The notes under the pieces are model-generated. The model saw only the letters and a program-made list of their open reading frames with translations, did not search any database and was not told the DNA's origin. DNA of 377 nucleotides from Escherichia coli. GTDB taxonomy: Bacteria; Pseudomonadota; Gammaproteobacteria; Enterobacterales; Enterobacteriaceae. A program made the position numbers and the translations under genes. Numbering within the stretch: position 1 is the stretch's first letter; each line of letters begins with the position of its first letter. Below are positions 1-377 of this stretch, in pieces. The stretch is from NCBI RefSeq assembly GCF_003334355.1, contig NZ_QOWP01000111.1, one strand, 5' to 3'.

Positions 1-377
1 GCATACAGCCGGGCAGTGACGTCATCGTCTGCGCGGAAATGGACGAACAGTGGGGATACGTCGGGGCTAAATCGCGCCAGCGCTGGCTGTTTTACGCGTA
101 TGACAGGCTCCGGAAGACGGTTGTTGCGCACGTATTCGGTGAACGCACTATGGCGACGCTGGGGCGTCTTATGAGCCTGCTGTCACCCTTTGACGTGGTG
201 ATATGGATGACGGATGGCTGGCCGCTGTATGAATCCCGCCTGAAGGGAAAGCTGCACGTAATCAGCAAGCGATATACGCAGCGAATTGAGCGGCATAACC
301 TGAATCTGAGGCAGCACCTGGCACGGCTGGGACGGAAGTCGCTGTCGTTCTCAAAATCGGTGGAGCTGCATGACAAA
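1..377 (+). mobile_element. IS1-family insertion sequence, internal fragment covering roughly the distal half of the element; no terminal inverted repeats inside the window
   Basis: The full window is near-identical at nucleotide level to my recollection of IS1 (insB region). The element is oriented so that the transposase reads left to right on the + strand. The right inverted repeat should lie roughly 50 bp beyond the window end, and the insA gene with the A-run frameshift site should lie upstream of position 1. Confidence 0.9.
3..377 (+). CDS. insB: IS1 transposase InsB / C-terminal part of the InsAB' fusion transposase; partial, truncated by the window at both the 5' and 3' ends
   Basis: Frame +3 is open across the entire window (125 codons, no stop). 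My own translation is [125 protein letters not shown]. From memory this matches the IS1 InsB protein almost residue for residue, and the nucleotide sequence is near-identical to the canonical 768-bp IS1. The first in-window ATG (39-41) is an internal Met, not the start. The start and the stop (expected a few codons past position 377) lie outside the window. Confidence 0.93.
   Translation, partial: MQPGSDVIVCAEMDEQWGYVGAKSRQRWLFYAYDRLRKTVVAHVFGERTMATLGRLMSLLSPFDVVIWMTDGWPLYESRLKGKLHVISKRYTQRIERHNLNLRQHLARLGRKSLSFSKSVELHDK

Noticed and set aside
39-41. ATG at 39-41 as a possible start codon for a + strand gene
   Set aside because: The reading frame is open and homologous to IS1 InsB upstream of this ATG as well ([12 protein letters not shown] precedes it), so it is an internal methionine, not the initiation codon.
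92-376. 94-aa minus-strand ORF from the six-frame track ([94 protein letters not shown])
   Set aside because: It lies entirely antisense to the strongly supported insB frame. Its composition is Cys/Arg/Ser-rich and low in complexity, and it shows no recognisable domain. Antisense ORFs of this kind are expected by chance opposite a coding region, and early IS1 analyses listed several such ORFs that proved dispensable. The track most likely missed the real + strand gene because that frame has no start or stop within the window.
1-377. Possibility that the window encodes a novel or undescribed system, as hinted in the task
   Set aside because: The entire window is accounted for by a single well-characterised IS1 transposase reading frame, with no additional unexplained ORFs, repeats, CRISPR-like spacing or structured RNA signals. 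Any novelty would have to lie in flanking DNA not shown here.

Overview
The whole 377-bp window is an internal segment of an IS1-family insertion sequence. It lies entirely within the insB reading frame on the + strand, which encodes the C-terminal portion of the IS1 InsAB' transposase. Frame +3 (codons starting at position 3) is open from 3 to 377 with no stop codon, and its translation is recognisable from memory as IS1 InsB. The gene is truncated by the window at both ends, so no start codon, stop codon, terminal inverted repeat or insA/insB frameshift site is visible. The supplied ORF track lists only a 94-aa minus-strand ORF (92..376), which I interpret as a spurious antisense frame inside insB. 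I see no evidence for a novel or undescribed system here; this is a well-known, multicopy enterobacterial mobile element. The only mildly notable points are a possible isoform-level amino-acid difference and the implication that the surrounding locus may be accessory or IS-disrupted.
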